From Trichoplax adhaerens (Eukaryota > Animalia > Placozoa): a stretch of 64,000 nucleotides of DNA. The stretch's first letter is position 1; every line of letters begins with the position of its first letter. The stretch is taken from the NCBI RefSeq assembly GCF_000150275.1, contig NW_002060963.1, positions 591,262-655,261 on the forward strand, given 5' to 3'. The notes under the pieces were generated by a model. That model saw nothing but the letters and a program-made list of their open reading frames with translations. It was not told the origin of the DNA and searched no databases. The position numbers and the translations under genes were made by a program. Shown here one piece after another: positions 12,518 to 24,631 of this stretch.

Positions 12518-13022
12518 GCGAACTACTGAAAAAGTAATTCAGATATTAAATAAACAGTAAACAGAACTAAGGGATTAATTTCCATTCTAAAGTTCGCTTA
12601 ACGTGATATTATTTAGTAGCAGTTGTCGTAGATTAATACTTTCTAAATCAATCTTGGATCAAAATAATGATCTATTATAAATACGAAATTTTTCAGTAAA
12701 ATGTATAGTCAAAATATTATTAAAAGTAAAATACACTCGGAAGGAGAAAATCCCCAGTGTATTTGTTTAGATAATAATAAGATCTGTATCTACGTCTTCT
12801 TGTCTAATATGGATCAACTTTAGTAATCTTCACTCGTCCTATTCAATTCTAAAAGAATACCATTAACTAATTCACTAATAGATAACAGAGAATAAAAATT
12901 GACGAAATTAAAAAAAATTGATGTTAGGGTCCATTCCTAGTTGTCATTATAATATCGAGATTGCGAAATAAATCTTGTTATTAATTATTTTAACTGATAG
13001 AATTACATTTTTTACAATCAAG

Positions 13023-13210
13023 ATGGGTGATAAATTGGATTTGTCATACTTATCATTCTTTAGCTTACCCAACGCACTAATTTATCACACATTTAAGTTT
13101 ATTCACGGAACTGACTTAGCCAGATTTTGTATGGCTTCTTTGCAGTTTTAATCATTTCATTTTGGCTCCATATTAGCGTGTATGGACATATGTAATCCGT
13201 TCTGAATTGT
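13023..13210 (+). pseudogene. F-box start fragment
   Basis: Reads MGDKLDLSYLSFFSLPNALIYHTFKFIHGTDLARFCMASLQF, then a frameshift to NHFILAPY*RVW...SEL. Confidence 0.8.
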
Positions 13211-13644
13211 AATACTAGTAAATCACCCGTTCAAATGAACGGGAACATATTCTATACAAAGCAATCCATTAAAAGAAAATTTGCAGCTATCTTACTATAC
13301 ATGCTTTCTAGATAGGTACAAAGTTATATACGGTAACTAATCAATAAAACTGATCCTGTACTGGCCCTTTATTCGATTTTCATCTCTAGTCACGTCAACT
13401 ATACAAAAAAATATACAACGACATTTGCCACTTCGGAAAGTATAACAATCACTATAACGTAACTGGCTGACTGCCGATTGCTATAGAGGTCCTTTATCCA
13501 AATTTTTGAATCAACAATTATGCTGCCTATATCCATATTACAACAACTGCATTACTGTTAATTTTCATCAACACGATATAGTACTATTTGCTATTTTGGA
13601 AACTGCCGACGATCAATATAAAGTAACTAGCAGACTACTAATGT

Positions 13645-14232
13645 CTTTACAGGCAAATTACCTCATTTTTCATAAACATTTATACTATAGTACTTATATC
13701 AATTTATAGCCTTGCTAGCAAATATTACCAATTTTTGATTGACACTTATACCGCTCCTATCAATTATAGCCTTGGTAGTATTTACTGCCAATTTTCAAAA
13801 ATACTTATAATTTCTATGTCAATTATAGCCTTGCTAGTATATGCGTATGCTGCAAATTTTTATAAACATTTATACTGCCTATATCAATTATAACCTTTCT
13901 AGTATATACGGCCAATTTTCATAAGTATTTATGCTGCTCATATCAATTATAGCCTTGCTAGTATATACTATCAATTTTCATAAGCATTTATATTGCTTAT
14001 ATTAATTATAGCCTTACTTGTATATACTATCAATTTTCATAAGCATTTATATTGCCTATATCAATTATAGCCTTGCTAGCATATACTACCAATTTTTACA
14101 AGCATTTACACTGTCTATATCAATTATCACCTTGCTAGCATATACAGTACTTCCAATTTTCATAAATAGTTATACTACCCATGTCATTTATAGCCTTGCC
14201 AGCTCATACTGCCAATTTTTATAAATATTTAT
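13645..14232. repeat. Minisatellite, ~59-bp unit, about 10 copies
   Basis: Recurring tttatactgcctatatcaattatagccttgctagtatatactaccaattttcataagca, shifting 1 nt per 60-nt line. Confidence 0.9.
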
Positions 14233-14401
14233 CCTGAACAATAATTGTCTTTTCATAGTCAATAGATAATTCTATAGTGCTTTAAATCTTTTGCTATCTG
14301 AATGTTTTTGTGAAGGGCCTGACAAACAGAACATCAATAACTTCGATATTGAATGGAACTGTATATTAATCTTAGTACTGTGTTTCATACATAGTGTCCG
14401 T

Positions 14402-14426
14402 TATATATATATATATATATTTATAT

Positions 14427-14458
<32 letters not shown>

Positions 14459-14468
14459 ATATATATAA
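14402..14468. repeat. (TA)n microsatellite, imperfect
   Basis: Long tatata run. Confidence 0.9.
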
Positions 14469-14582
14469 CTGTATTTTAGAGAACTATATCTTCAAACACG
14501 AACCCTTGGATCAATACGCTCCTATAAAACGTTTGATATACAGTATATGATCGATTTGGGATACTAAAGTTTCAAGAATCAC

Positions 14583-14802
14583 TGCTTGTAACACCCTACT
14601 AGTAGAACCGAAGGGACTAGCTTGATCAAGAAAAAAACAACAGGCCCCAGTTTGATCGAACAATGATTCCTTTATTGCCAAATTAGGTGGCATATGCTTG
14701 TAACACTCTACTAGTAGAACCGAAGAGATTAGCTTGATCAAGAAAAAAACAACAGGCCCCAGTTTGATCGAACAATGATTCCTTTATTGCCAAAGAAGGT
14801 GA
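14583..14802. repeat. Tandem duplication, 112-bp period, two near-identical copies
   Basis: tgcttgtaacac...tttattgccaaa starts at both 14583 and 14695. Confidence 0.9.
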
Positions 14803-15319
14803 CGTATTGCATTGAACGATGATTCTATTTGTAATATAACGTCTTCAATCTAAATAACATAAGATATATAGTGCTATTCTACAAAAGGAATTAGACAGAG
14901 TTAATGTAAAATTATCCATGTATGAATGAGAAGGCAAGGCATCGTTATAGGAAGAAAGACTCGTATAAATAAATGAAATGTTTACAGCGATCGTTGTTTA
15001 CTGGTTACGATCGAATTGAACAGTGAAGGTAACTTACTCCCTCTTGGCTAAACTGGATCCACTTGGATATTTTTCGGTCGTTTCCATCCTATTTTATTCG
15101 GCATGAATATTACTTATTAAAATTGTAAGAAAACATATAAAATAACCATTCAAATTATCGTCTAATTATCAGCATAACATTGAGACTGCACTTAGTCGTT
15201 TTAAGATAAACTAGGTCGACTTTCATGATCTTTTGTCATGTTATTTTTTTACGAAATAATTTTCAAAGAAAGTTCCTCGTAATGGTGAACAATTATCATT
15301 AGGTTCCTTAACAGATAAC

Positions 15320-17494
15320 ATGGCTGATCAATTCAATTCAGATTCTTCTTTTCTATTCTTTACTTTGCCTAGCGAATTGATTTATAAAATCGTTAGCTTC
15401 CTCTATGGTGTTGAACTAGCCAAACTTCGCTTAGTTTCCTATCAGTTCAATGATTTTATACTAGGCCAAGATCAACTGGCGTGGAAAAAGACAATCTATT
15501 CTGAATTAACTACCAATCCAGAGTTGTTGAGCCATGAACATTATCAAGACTTTTATAAGAGAGCCTATCTAGGAATATATCGGCACGTCACTGATTGTCT
15601 TACAAAACATGATCAACAAACTTGGGGCTTTACTAGTCAGTATGATGGTTATGCAACAGTTTCACATTACATCGAGAAAAATTACTCCTATGGCCAGTAC
15701 TTAAAGGAAGAAGAAGAAATACGGCAAGATGCATCGATCGCAGACATGAACGATTATGATCGACGACATCGTTTATGCTCTTACTTAGGCTTGGCAGCCA
15801 AACATGGCTTCGAAATTTGGGCTAAAAAGCTATGCCAACAAGCAGTTAAAGCAAGTGGTATTCACTCTACTCATTCAGTAGCAACTCAAAATTGTGAATA
15901 TTACTTTATCTGTCCACTCTTTCTAGCTATACTTGAAAATAATGATTCGATGATTAAGGAACTCATCGAATTAGGAATTCGTTATCATTCCCCAAATCCA
16001 CGGTATATAAAACAATCAGACGATGGCACTTTAGGAGAATATTCTTGTAGACTATTACACGATTCAGGAGGGCAAATCATTACTACTCATATTATTTGCA
16101 AAGTAGTAACATGCTTACGTCATGATCCTCACTTATTAAAAGTATTTTTGAATTCTTTGGCTTTACCTCCTATTCACCAAGCAGCAATCTATAAAAATAT
16201 TGATGAATTTAAAAGATATGTCGAAAGTGGTGGACATATCAATCTCAATATCTCAGATAATTACTACATGACACCTTTAATGTATTGTATATTACTAAGC
16301 CGAGAAGATATTATCGACTATATCTACAGCTTTAAGTCAAGTATCATCGTTGGTCATCGTTTGGCAGATCCCATCAGAAATGTATTAAATAGTGTTGAAT
16401 ATAAGGCCGTAAAAGTTATAAGAGAACAGGATCGTGAATGTTATCATTTTATTGTTTCTGAAATATTTAAGGATGAAGAAATATTTACCATCAATAGCCA
16501 AAATGATGCATTACCATTGATTTTAGCTGATTTAATTGATAAAGATGTGTTTCATGCCGCTTGTCGGGGTGCAATCTGCTCTCGTAATAGTCGTGCAATT
16601 TATTTATTAACATCGGATTTACCTATATTGGTGCAATTCCATATGAGTTCTATCGCCTGTAGCCAACATTTATTGACACAAATTACATGTACAAGAAATG
16701 AAGTTATTGCCAGTCATGGTATAGAGTTGCTTCATAAAGCAATAAGATATGGAAAAGATAGCTGTATTCGGCAATTGATTCAAGAAGGTGTTGAGTTATC
16801 TGTGATCGGTGATAATTTGTGGTATGCACTGGAGAATATTTTATCTGCGTTTATAGCCTTACCAAGGCCTTCGATATTTGCAAGTAATATCGAATATAGG
16901 GAGTTCCATCAATTTCAAGTCCAGTTGTGTAACCAAGATTTTGATCCTAATGCTATCGCTGAAACACTACTGCCTTATAAATTGGCGAAAGCAATTGCAG
17001 ATCTGCCCAAGTTTCTGACCCCAAATATTACTGTCGGTAACTTTATAACGGAAATAATGCTACACACAATGTATAGTGACTGGAAACGTCCAATTTTTAA
17101 TGATCATAAACTACAAAATAGACTGACCGAAATTAGCTGTGCACTGTTAGAGAAGCTTCTGGCTCTTAATAAAAACCATAATGAAATCAACGCACGTACT
17201 AGAATGTCTAGTTTCAAGCAAGGAACTTTACTACATGCTGCAGCTCGACTTGGAAATCCGGCTTGGGTACAATTGTTATTGCAAGCAGGTGCAGACAGAC
17301 AAATAGAGGACCTTGCGTTAAGGAAGCCAGTCTACTACACTAAAAAATTTAGTCGAGGGCGGCAGCTATTGAAAACAGAAGGGCAAATTAAAAATCTCTT
17401 AGCGGATATACCAGTTTATCACGTTGTCAAATGGACGTGGGAGTGTGCATCCTTGTTAGAAAATTATCAATCATGTTCACTACCATCAAAGTAG
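15320..17494 (+). CDS. F-box + ankyrin-repeat protein, copy C (724 aa)
   Basis: F-box FFTLPSELIYKIVSFLYGVELAKLRLVS. Ankyrin units AAKHGFEIWA, DNYYMTPLMYCILL, GTLLHAAARLGNPAWVQLLLQAGAD. Confidence 0.88.
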   Translation: MADQFNSDSSFLFFTLPSELIYKIVSFLYGVELAKLRLVSYQFNDFILGQDQLAWKKTIYSELTTNPELLSHEHYQDFYKRAYLGIYRHVTDCLTKHDQQTWGFTSQYDGYATVSHYIEKNYSYGQYLKEEEEIRQDASIADMNDYDRRHRLCSYLGLAAKHGFEIWAKKLCQQAVKASGIHSTHSVATQNCEYYFICPLFLAILENNDSMIKELIELGIRYHSPNPRYIKQSDDGTLGEYSCRLLHDSGGQIITTHIICKVVTCLRHDPHLLKVFLNSLALPPIHQAAIYKNIDEFKRYVESGGHINLNISDNYYMTPLMYCILLSREDIIDYIYSFKSSIIVGHRLADPIRNVLNSVEYKAVKVIREQDRECYHFIVSEIFKDEEIFTINSQNDALPLILADLIDKDVFHAACRGAICSRNSRAIYLLTSDLPILVQFHMSSIACSQHLLTQITCTRNEVIASHGIELLHKAIRYGKDSCIRQLIQEGVELSVIGDNLWYALENILSAFIALPRPSIFASNIEYREFHQFQVQLCNQDFDPNAIAETLLPYKLAKAIADLPKFLTPNITVGNFITEIMLHTMYSDWKRPIFNDHKLQNRLTEISCALLEKLLALNKNHNEINARTRMSSFKQGTLLHAAARLGNPAWVQLLLQAGADRQIEDLALRKPVYYTKKFSRGRQLLKTEGQIKNLLADIPVYHVVKWTWECASLLENYQSCSLPSK

Positions 17495-17859
17495 AAACTA
17501 TTAAATAAATGATTTTTGTAGAAGCAGTCATTAAGCAAACGGTATTTATAACTTGATCGGTTATCCATCCTGAATTAATAGAGCTTTGCTAGATTGACTG
17601 GAAGATAATCAAGCAATTTAAAATTTTACTACGAAGATTATTTAGGAAAACGCGGATCTTAAATTAAACTGTGTAAGCAATCATAAACTAATGATTTTCA
17701 AAGCTTTGAAGAAAATTATCCTCTTTACTTTCGTTGCTTCTATACAATTAAGAAAAATCCCTAATGCAGCCATTCCCTGAAGGAACAAATAAAGTAAAGA
17801 TCTACCTAAATGATACCTTATTACAATCTATAAATCGATTTAAGGTACGGTATTTTACA

Positions 17860-18600
17860 TTCTACAGCTAACTATGGCTTTGAAATTTGGGCCGATGATC
17901 TACTCCAACAAAAGCTGAATCAATTATAGAAATCTTTAGTATTGGCATTCCTATAACTAAACATAGTACCATTAACGAAGAAGTCTCCTTAATTAATCTA
18001 ATCGTCGATTGCCTTTTGCACTAATTGAAAATGATGTTGCAATAAAAATCTAATCGAAATGGGAATTCCTTAATAATTTAAAAAACTACGATATACGAAT
18101 ATAGCTCTACGATTACTTATCGTATTGGTCTTACAACTTACTCTCTATATTCTATTATAAAAGATATTATCAGCAAAATAATAACATATGCAATAATTCG
18201 TGATCAGCATTTATTGTAGACATATATAAAATTCAAGAGATTATCTGTAATCTATTAAGTTGCAACAAATAAAGACATTGATTTATTCACTAGATTCATA
18301 ATACGATATAGATATACCCACGTTAATACCAATATGTTACTGTAGTAAATATTTTACCAAATAGCATAATACTAAATTGAGATGAAATATCTGTTACATC
18401 TACAATTTGAGCGTTAACGTTTTTCTGATCATCATTATCTGGTTCCATCAGGGCTTTAGTAAGCGGTATGAAGTATAGCTTGCTAAAAATGTCACTAGTA
18501 CGTGATTACGAATGCACTGAAGTCGTATATATGATATATTTGTCTATGAAAATTCTTTTTACTGCTATTGACAGTATGTATTACTATTTTCACTTAGATT
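17860..18600 (+). pseudogene. Heavily decayed F-box/ankyrin fragment
   Basis: ANYGFEIWADDLLQQ, ..IENDVAIK/LIEMGIP and further collinear remnants, with many stops. Confidence 0.65.
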
Positions 18601-21439
18601 AAAATGATTATCAATGTTCTTCATAGCTATTCTAATAGCTGCAAGACGATACAGTGTTTGTTAGAGATTTGGAACCAGATTTGAAAATCTAGCTAAAGTT
18701 CCATATAATACTTTGTACTACAAACAGGTCAAAATAAGTAAATTAAGGACCATGTATCTGAAAAATCAGGCTAGTAATTGAATCATTTGAATGTAGACAT
18801 AATGTATATTACCTTTGCTACCGATACTGGAAGTATGCAATGTCTTGGATATTTATTTATTGTTGTTATTCATATGTTTACCCTATAATGATCGAATCTG
18901 CTGTTTAAGGTATACTTATCTCAAAGATAGCTTAATTAAATGAATATTTAATTAGTTTACTTAACTATATTATTTTCGACTTATATTTGGTGGCTGTGCT
19001 GTGACTATGCAAGTGACTTTGCCTATTTGATTTATGTGTTAATATGATTTAAATGTTAATATGGAAAGCTATTCAATATTGATGTTAAATACCGATATTA
19101 ATCTATATTTGGGTAAGAAAATGTTTAAATAAGTTATATTGACATATTCTATATCTAAATTTATACTCCAAATTAGAATAAAATATATCGAATCGTAATC
19201 GATATAGCATTATCCTATACTTGAGAGTTAAACATTAGATTAACATGTGCGTAATAATATTCAGAGTCACAATTATCGTTCACAGTCTAGACGGATATAA
19301 ACGTTCGGTCTAGTCAAACTGAACATAGTTTAGCTATAAAGCATTAATTGTGGAGTTTTATAAAGTTTCGGCAATCTATTTCGTCATGCTGTTCAGTAAG
19401 CTAGCTTTGATTGTTTTTGTCTCTTGGCCGAGCAGAGAGTGTCCGGATGGGTTCATTTTAAATTGGGCTCTGGTGGCAAGAGTAACATTTCCGTTTCGTC
19501 TAATCATTCTTTCTACGATATAATTATTCATTATTGTTTTCGACCAGATTTATAGAAATATGAAGAATAGGTTTACTAACAAAATGATCTATCCTGATTT
19601 GCCACTAAAGCTGTACTAATAGCAGTAAAACTCAGCAGTTATAAATATTGAACAATTGGTAAAGGGTCTCGTTTGATCGACTAAGGAAAAATCTATTTTA
19701 TCCAAATTATTACGAGACAAGTTACTTCGGATAATTAATATCTACAAGTATGTCGAATCAGCTAATAGCGGATAGTATTAATCGTTTTGAAGATCATGCT
19801 GTATCTGATCCTTCTTTTGCTATTACTCCAAACTATTTTCATCTATGCTGTATTTAATCCTACAAATATACTCTCTCCCTGCGTTCAATTAAAGATATCT
19901 ATACCACTGTCTTCTTATTTTATTGTAGTTGTTCCAATTAATTAATATATCAGCTGATGCTACTCAATTATTGAAGCTTTAGTTCAACATAATATGAATG
20001 CTGATCTGTTAGAACTGTTTCTCTATCTAGCTATCTTGTACATTACTTGCTCTTTAATAAGCAATTTGATGACAGTTTTTAATCCACTTTAATCTGTCAA
20101 AATATTAATTAATAAAGTGTACGAAATAGAATAACAGCTGAGCTTGTCGTTTGGGTGGACAGACATTTAGCCTAATATCGCCTATAAATTGCATCCGAAT
20201 CACTTTATTATGAAAGTACTTTAATGTGTCGACAGCCGATTCTGAATTGACTGATTTTTTTCTAAATTAAGTAATATTACATTGTATTCCATTGCCTGTT
20301 GTTAAACTCTATTTGGCAATTATTAGAATTGCCTAGAGTAAATCGTAAGGATCGTAATAAATTGTCTAATGATCTAAAAAGATAAACTCGCGGCTATATC
20401 TGGCCAGGGATAGGTGATACAACCAGTTTCATACGATATAGCATATTCTTACAATTATAATTTAATTTAATTTATTTATTTATATTAAGCTACAATTATA
20501 CAGGGCATAGATTTAATAGCAACTAGGTTGTTTAGCACTACTACGGTGCAATCTAATGTATTGCATCATTATTAAATGGTGCATTAATAATATTAATGAA
20601 ATAAATAACAACCACTATATACCATAATAATTCTGTTGAATTAGTATATTATTCTGTAAAGCATTGTACTTAGGTCCTGGATAGCACCTTGAGTACATGT
20701 AAGTAGATAAAAATTTTAGTTCATTCGGGAATTGATTAAGTTGAGGAACGGCACAGTTCCCATTCCGATATTGGACTTCTTTAATAGAGTTTTTAAATTG
20801 TAAGAAGGTTGTGGTTTTCTTTTTGTATTCTGTGTAAGAATCTAACTGAGTCAGGTAAGTCGTTAATTCCATTACTTTATTATAAGATCAATTTGAAGTT
20901 TAGATCCTGGATATATCATAACTGTTATATGTTTAGGAAACAGTCGGTAGATGGCATAGGGGTGTGGTGTCCCCGCCTGATGATTCGACTTTGGATGATT
21001 GATCAATGTCCGCAAGTAATCTTCGTTTTTTTCTTCTTGGACCTGTTGCATATGATAAAATTTATGTATATCAATTTAGTGTCACAAATATAAAGTGATT
21101 ATACCTTTCTTAGAATGATAATACATATGAATCATTCAATGACATTCTAAGTCAGGAGATAGCCTTAAAAATTAAAAACTCATTTCATACCGTGCCTATT
21201 CGAAATAGTATTTCGCTATCAGCCTCAAAATTAAAAGACACAACGGCAATAAATGCTTACAACGCTAGCTTTACAGTAATATCTCTTCACTCAACTGCAA
21301 AAAGATATTAGCAAAGTAACACATGCATCTATTGTGATCTTTACTTAAAAATACAGACATTTATAAATTACTGTAGTTGATCTTTAATCTATCAAGCTGT
21401 AGCCCGTAACGATATTGACTAATTTACCAGACTTGCAGT

Positions 21440-21690
21440 GTGTAGATATTCAATGCCGTGGATAGTTATGATATGATGCCTATAATATTTGGCATTACGA
21501 TAAATTATTCACTACATCTATATTAAATATTAGCATTTGCTGTTCAACGTTTAGTTTAATCCTTGAGAATTTCATCTAATAAAAGTCAATAGAATGTCGC
21601 TGCATTTTAAAATTTTTACCAGAACATGATTATGAATGTTGCAAAGTTGTAAACATGGAGCATTTACTGATGCAATTTTTATGCTGCTAA
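21440..21690 (+). pseudogene. Heavily decayed F-box/ankyrin central fragment
   Basis: DSYDMMPIIFGI and EHDYECCKVV match DxYxMTPxxxxI and EHDxxCYKAV of the intact copies. Confidence 0.55.
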
Positions 21691-22570
21691 TAGGTATGAT
21701 AACAGCTAACATCCGTTTTAGCTGAGTGAATCAAGGTATTCTTTATATATTGTGTTTATTGGGCTGTAATCTTTTCTCGAAAGAGTCACATAACTTACTT
21801 ATTAAATTCAGACTTATCTATAGTACGAATTAGAAACTCTCACTATCGCCCAAGAAAGAAAATATCAGATTATAGCAATTTGAAAACAGACAATTTAGAA
21901 TCAAAGTATATTTGTGTAAAAGTCTAAATTTTTAACTTTAGAACAGACAACATCGGATCAAAGCACTACAACTATAAAATCTCATATAGAAACTTAAGGA
22001 AAAACTGCAAATTTGAGATAAGCGTACGTGAATATTTTAATAGAAAGAATATCTGCAAAATTCATTGGCACTAGAAAGTTTTATTTTTTTACCTCAAACC
22101 CTTTATGCTGTACAGTATATACTATATAGAATAGAAAAGTCAAGGAATATATCCTTACAGCCAGTGTACAGGTAATTAATGTGCATATTATTTATATTCG
22201 TACATAAAAATATGATAATTAAATAATGCGGCCTATCCATATGGATCAAGATGTTATGTAGCTCTATTAAGATGTATTTTAATATGTAATACTATCTAAG
22301 AATAACATAGGTATCAAACTAACGAGGCTCCTCTCCTCGATAGAAAGCCATCACAGAGCTTTCTCAGGCTTAATGCAAAATAGAACCTATTATGTTTTAA
22401 AGTTCTGGCAATAGTGTTCTACATAAAATGGTAGTATACAGGCTTTACTCTGTTTCGTATGATCAACCTTTATCAAACTTTTGGCGCTAAACTTATTTGC
22501 AATCCTAATAAATCTTCAATTTATAAATACATATTAATTAATAGAGTAACTTCTTTGTAATTGAACTAAA

Positions 22571-24631
22571 ATGGCAGATGAACATACCCTATCTTACTTT
22601 TCAATATTTACCTTACCCAACGAATTGATCGTTTACTTATTTCGCTTTCTTCATGGAGTCGATTTAGCCAGATTATGCATGGTTTGTCGTTGGTTAAATC
22701 ATTTTATAGCTCATGACGAAGTTACATGGAAGCAGACAATCCATGCTGAATTAACGACTAGTCCACTTATGTTAATCCATGAAACCCATAAAGACTTTTA
22801 CAAACGAGCATATTTAGGATTATACCGATATGTAACTGCTTTGGTAATACCGCCATTAGTCAAAGAATTCAACAACAGAGCTAAAAATGCCGATCATCAT
22901 GTAAGAAACTCATATTTTATTGAAAAAAATTACTCGTATGGTCATTATCTAAATGAATATGCACTACTGCACAATACCTCGATAATGGATGATCCTGATC
23001 GATCACTTCGTTTGTACTGTTATTTATGTGCTGCATCTAAACATGGCTACGAAGTTTGGGCTACCAAATTGTGCCAGCAAGGAGCTAAATTAACAGAAAG
23101 CAATATCAGTATCAAAGATTGGGTAATATACGATTGGTCATTTTGCCCATTAGGCTTCGCTACGTATGAAAATAATGTTGAAATGGTTAAAACACTCATT
23201 AAATTAGGAATTCGTTATCAATCACCAGATCCACAATATGTATTACAAATTGATAATAATCTTAGTATTGATTCACCAGTCCAGATAGCTGCTTTAGTTG
23301 CTTTGCGAGGTATTATTTGCAAAGTATTGGTAAGCATACGTGATGAAGCTTACCTGTTAAAGGTGTTTTTAAAGTCTTTAAGTTTACCTTCTTACTATCA
23401 AGCTGTTTTTCAAGGTGATCTCCATGAATTGAATAGACTAACAAGGGATAGTCAGGTCGATCTTGATACATTCGATGATTATTATATGACAGCTTTATCA
23501 TTTTCCATATTAATAGGTCGCGAAGATGTTGCTCGCTACATTTACAAATTGAAAAAGAACGTTTTAATTGGTAATTGTATAGCTGATTTTGTCGGAGTTG
23601 CATTAGCAGATATTGAATTCAAAGTGTTGGAAATTATACGAGAACACGATTTCGATTGTTATAAAGCTGTTGTATTTAATATATTTGCAGATGAGAAATA
23701 TTTTACTGCTAGTAGTCACAAAGATGTATTGCAAATCATTTTATCAGATTTAAATGATGAGAACATATTTTACGAAGCCTGTCAGAGTGCAATCACTTCT
23801 CAAAATAGTCGCATAGCCTTACTATTATTATCAGACTTGCCAAAATTATTACAATTACGTATGAATTCAGTCAATGATGAGCAAGAATTATTACGACAAA
23901 TTGTCTCCACAAGAAAGAATGTGATTGCTAATTATGGGAAAGAGTTAATATTACATGCAGCAGCATTCAGGCAAGGTCATTGCATTCGAGTATTAATTAC
24001 CAATGGCGCTCCATTATTGGAGGTTATAGATGAGGTAACAGAATATTCATGTCAATATTTGGGTTCTTTCATCGAAATACCAAACTACTTTGTTATTGCA
24101 AGTAATAGCAAGTACAAACTACTACATCAGTTTCTATGGCAATTAAGTAATGCAAATTTTGACGTTAATGCAATAATTGAAACGTTACAATTTTATACTT
24201 TTGCAAAAGAAATTGCAGATCTACCTATTTGTCAGACCACAAAACAAGCTCTTAATAAAATTTTACCCCAAATAATATTGCGCATTATGCATTGCGATTG
24301 GAGAAAAGCCATCTTGATGGATAGCCAATTACAGACACGACTCGATAAAATCAGCTATACACTGCTTGAAAATTTGATGTTTCTTAGTCAAAATTATGAT
24401 GTAAATGCTCGTCATAGATGCAATATTCATCCTGGAGACACAGCATTATTCATTGCAGCTAGATCTGGAAATGTAGCTTGGATACAACTTTTTCTTCAAG
24501 CAGGTGCTGATAGGCAAATTAAGAATTATTGCCAGGAAAAACTAATTCATTGCATTGGAAAACCATCTAAAGAGTGTATGCATTTGATAAAAAATTACAA
24601 TTCATGTCCATTACCATCAAAGCCGTATTAA
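22571..24631 (+). CDS. F-box + ankyrin-repeat protein, copy D (686 aa)
   Basis: F-box IFTLPNELIVYLFRFLHGVDLARLCMVCRWLN. Ankyrin units include GDTALFIAARSGNVAWIQLFLQAGAD. Confidence 0.88.
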   Translation: MADEHTLSYFSIFTLPNELIVYLFRFLHGVDLARLCMVCRWLNHFIAHDEVTWKQTIHAELTTSPLMLIHETHKDFYKRAYLGLYRYVTALVIPPLVKEFNNRAKNADHHVRNSYFIEKNYSYGHYLNEYALLHNTSIMDDPDRSLRLYCYLCAASKHGYEVWATKLCQQGAKLTESNISIKDWVIYDWSFCPLGFATYENNVEMVKTLIKLGIRYQSPDPQYVLQIDNNLSIDSPVQIAALVALRGIICKVLVSIRDEAYLLKVFLKSLSLPSYYQAVFQGDLHELNRLTRDSQVDLDTFDDYYMTALSFSILIGREDVARYIYKLKKNVLIGNCIADFVGVALADIEFKVLEIIREHDFDCYKAVVFNIFADEKYFTASSHKDVLQIILSDLNDENIFYEACQSAITSQNSRIALLLLSDLPKLLQLRMNSVNDEQELLRQIVSTRKNVIANYGKELILHAAAFRQGHCIRVLITNGAPLLEVIDEVTEYSCQYLGSFIEIPNYFVIASNSKYKLLHQFLWQLSNANFDVNAIIETLQFYTFAKEIADLPICQTTKQALNKILPQIILRIMHCDWRKAILMDSQLQTRLDKISYTLLENLMFLSQNYDVNARHRCNIHPGDTALFIAARSGNVAWIQLFLQAGADRQIKNYCQEKLIHCIGKPSKECMHLIKNYNSCPLPSKPY

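Noticed and set aside
13645-14232. CRISPR-like array (also considered for 30250-33700 and 52575-53440)
   Set aside because: Units are contiguous degenerate copies without unique spacers, no cas genes are present, and the context is eukaryotic.
19380-20400. Coding-looking decayed sequence (similar impressions at 6900-7450 and 51620-52250)
   Set aside because: Short open stretches only, with no motif I can assign without a homology search.
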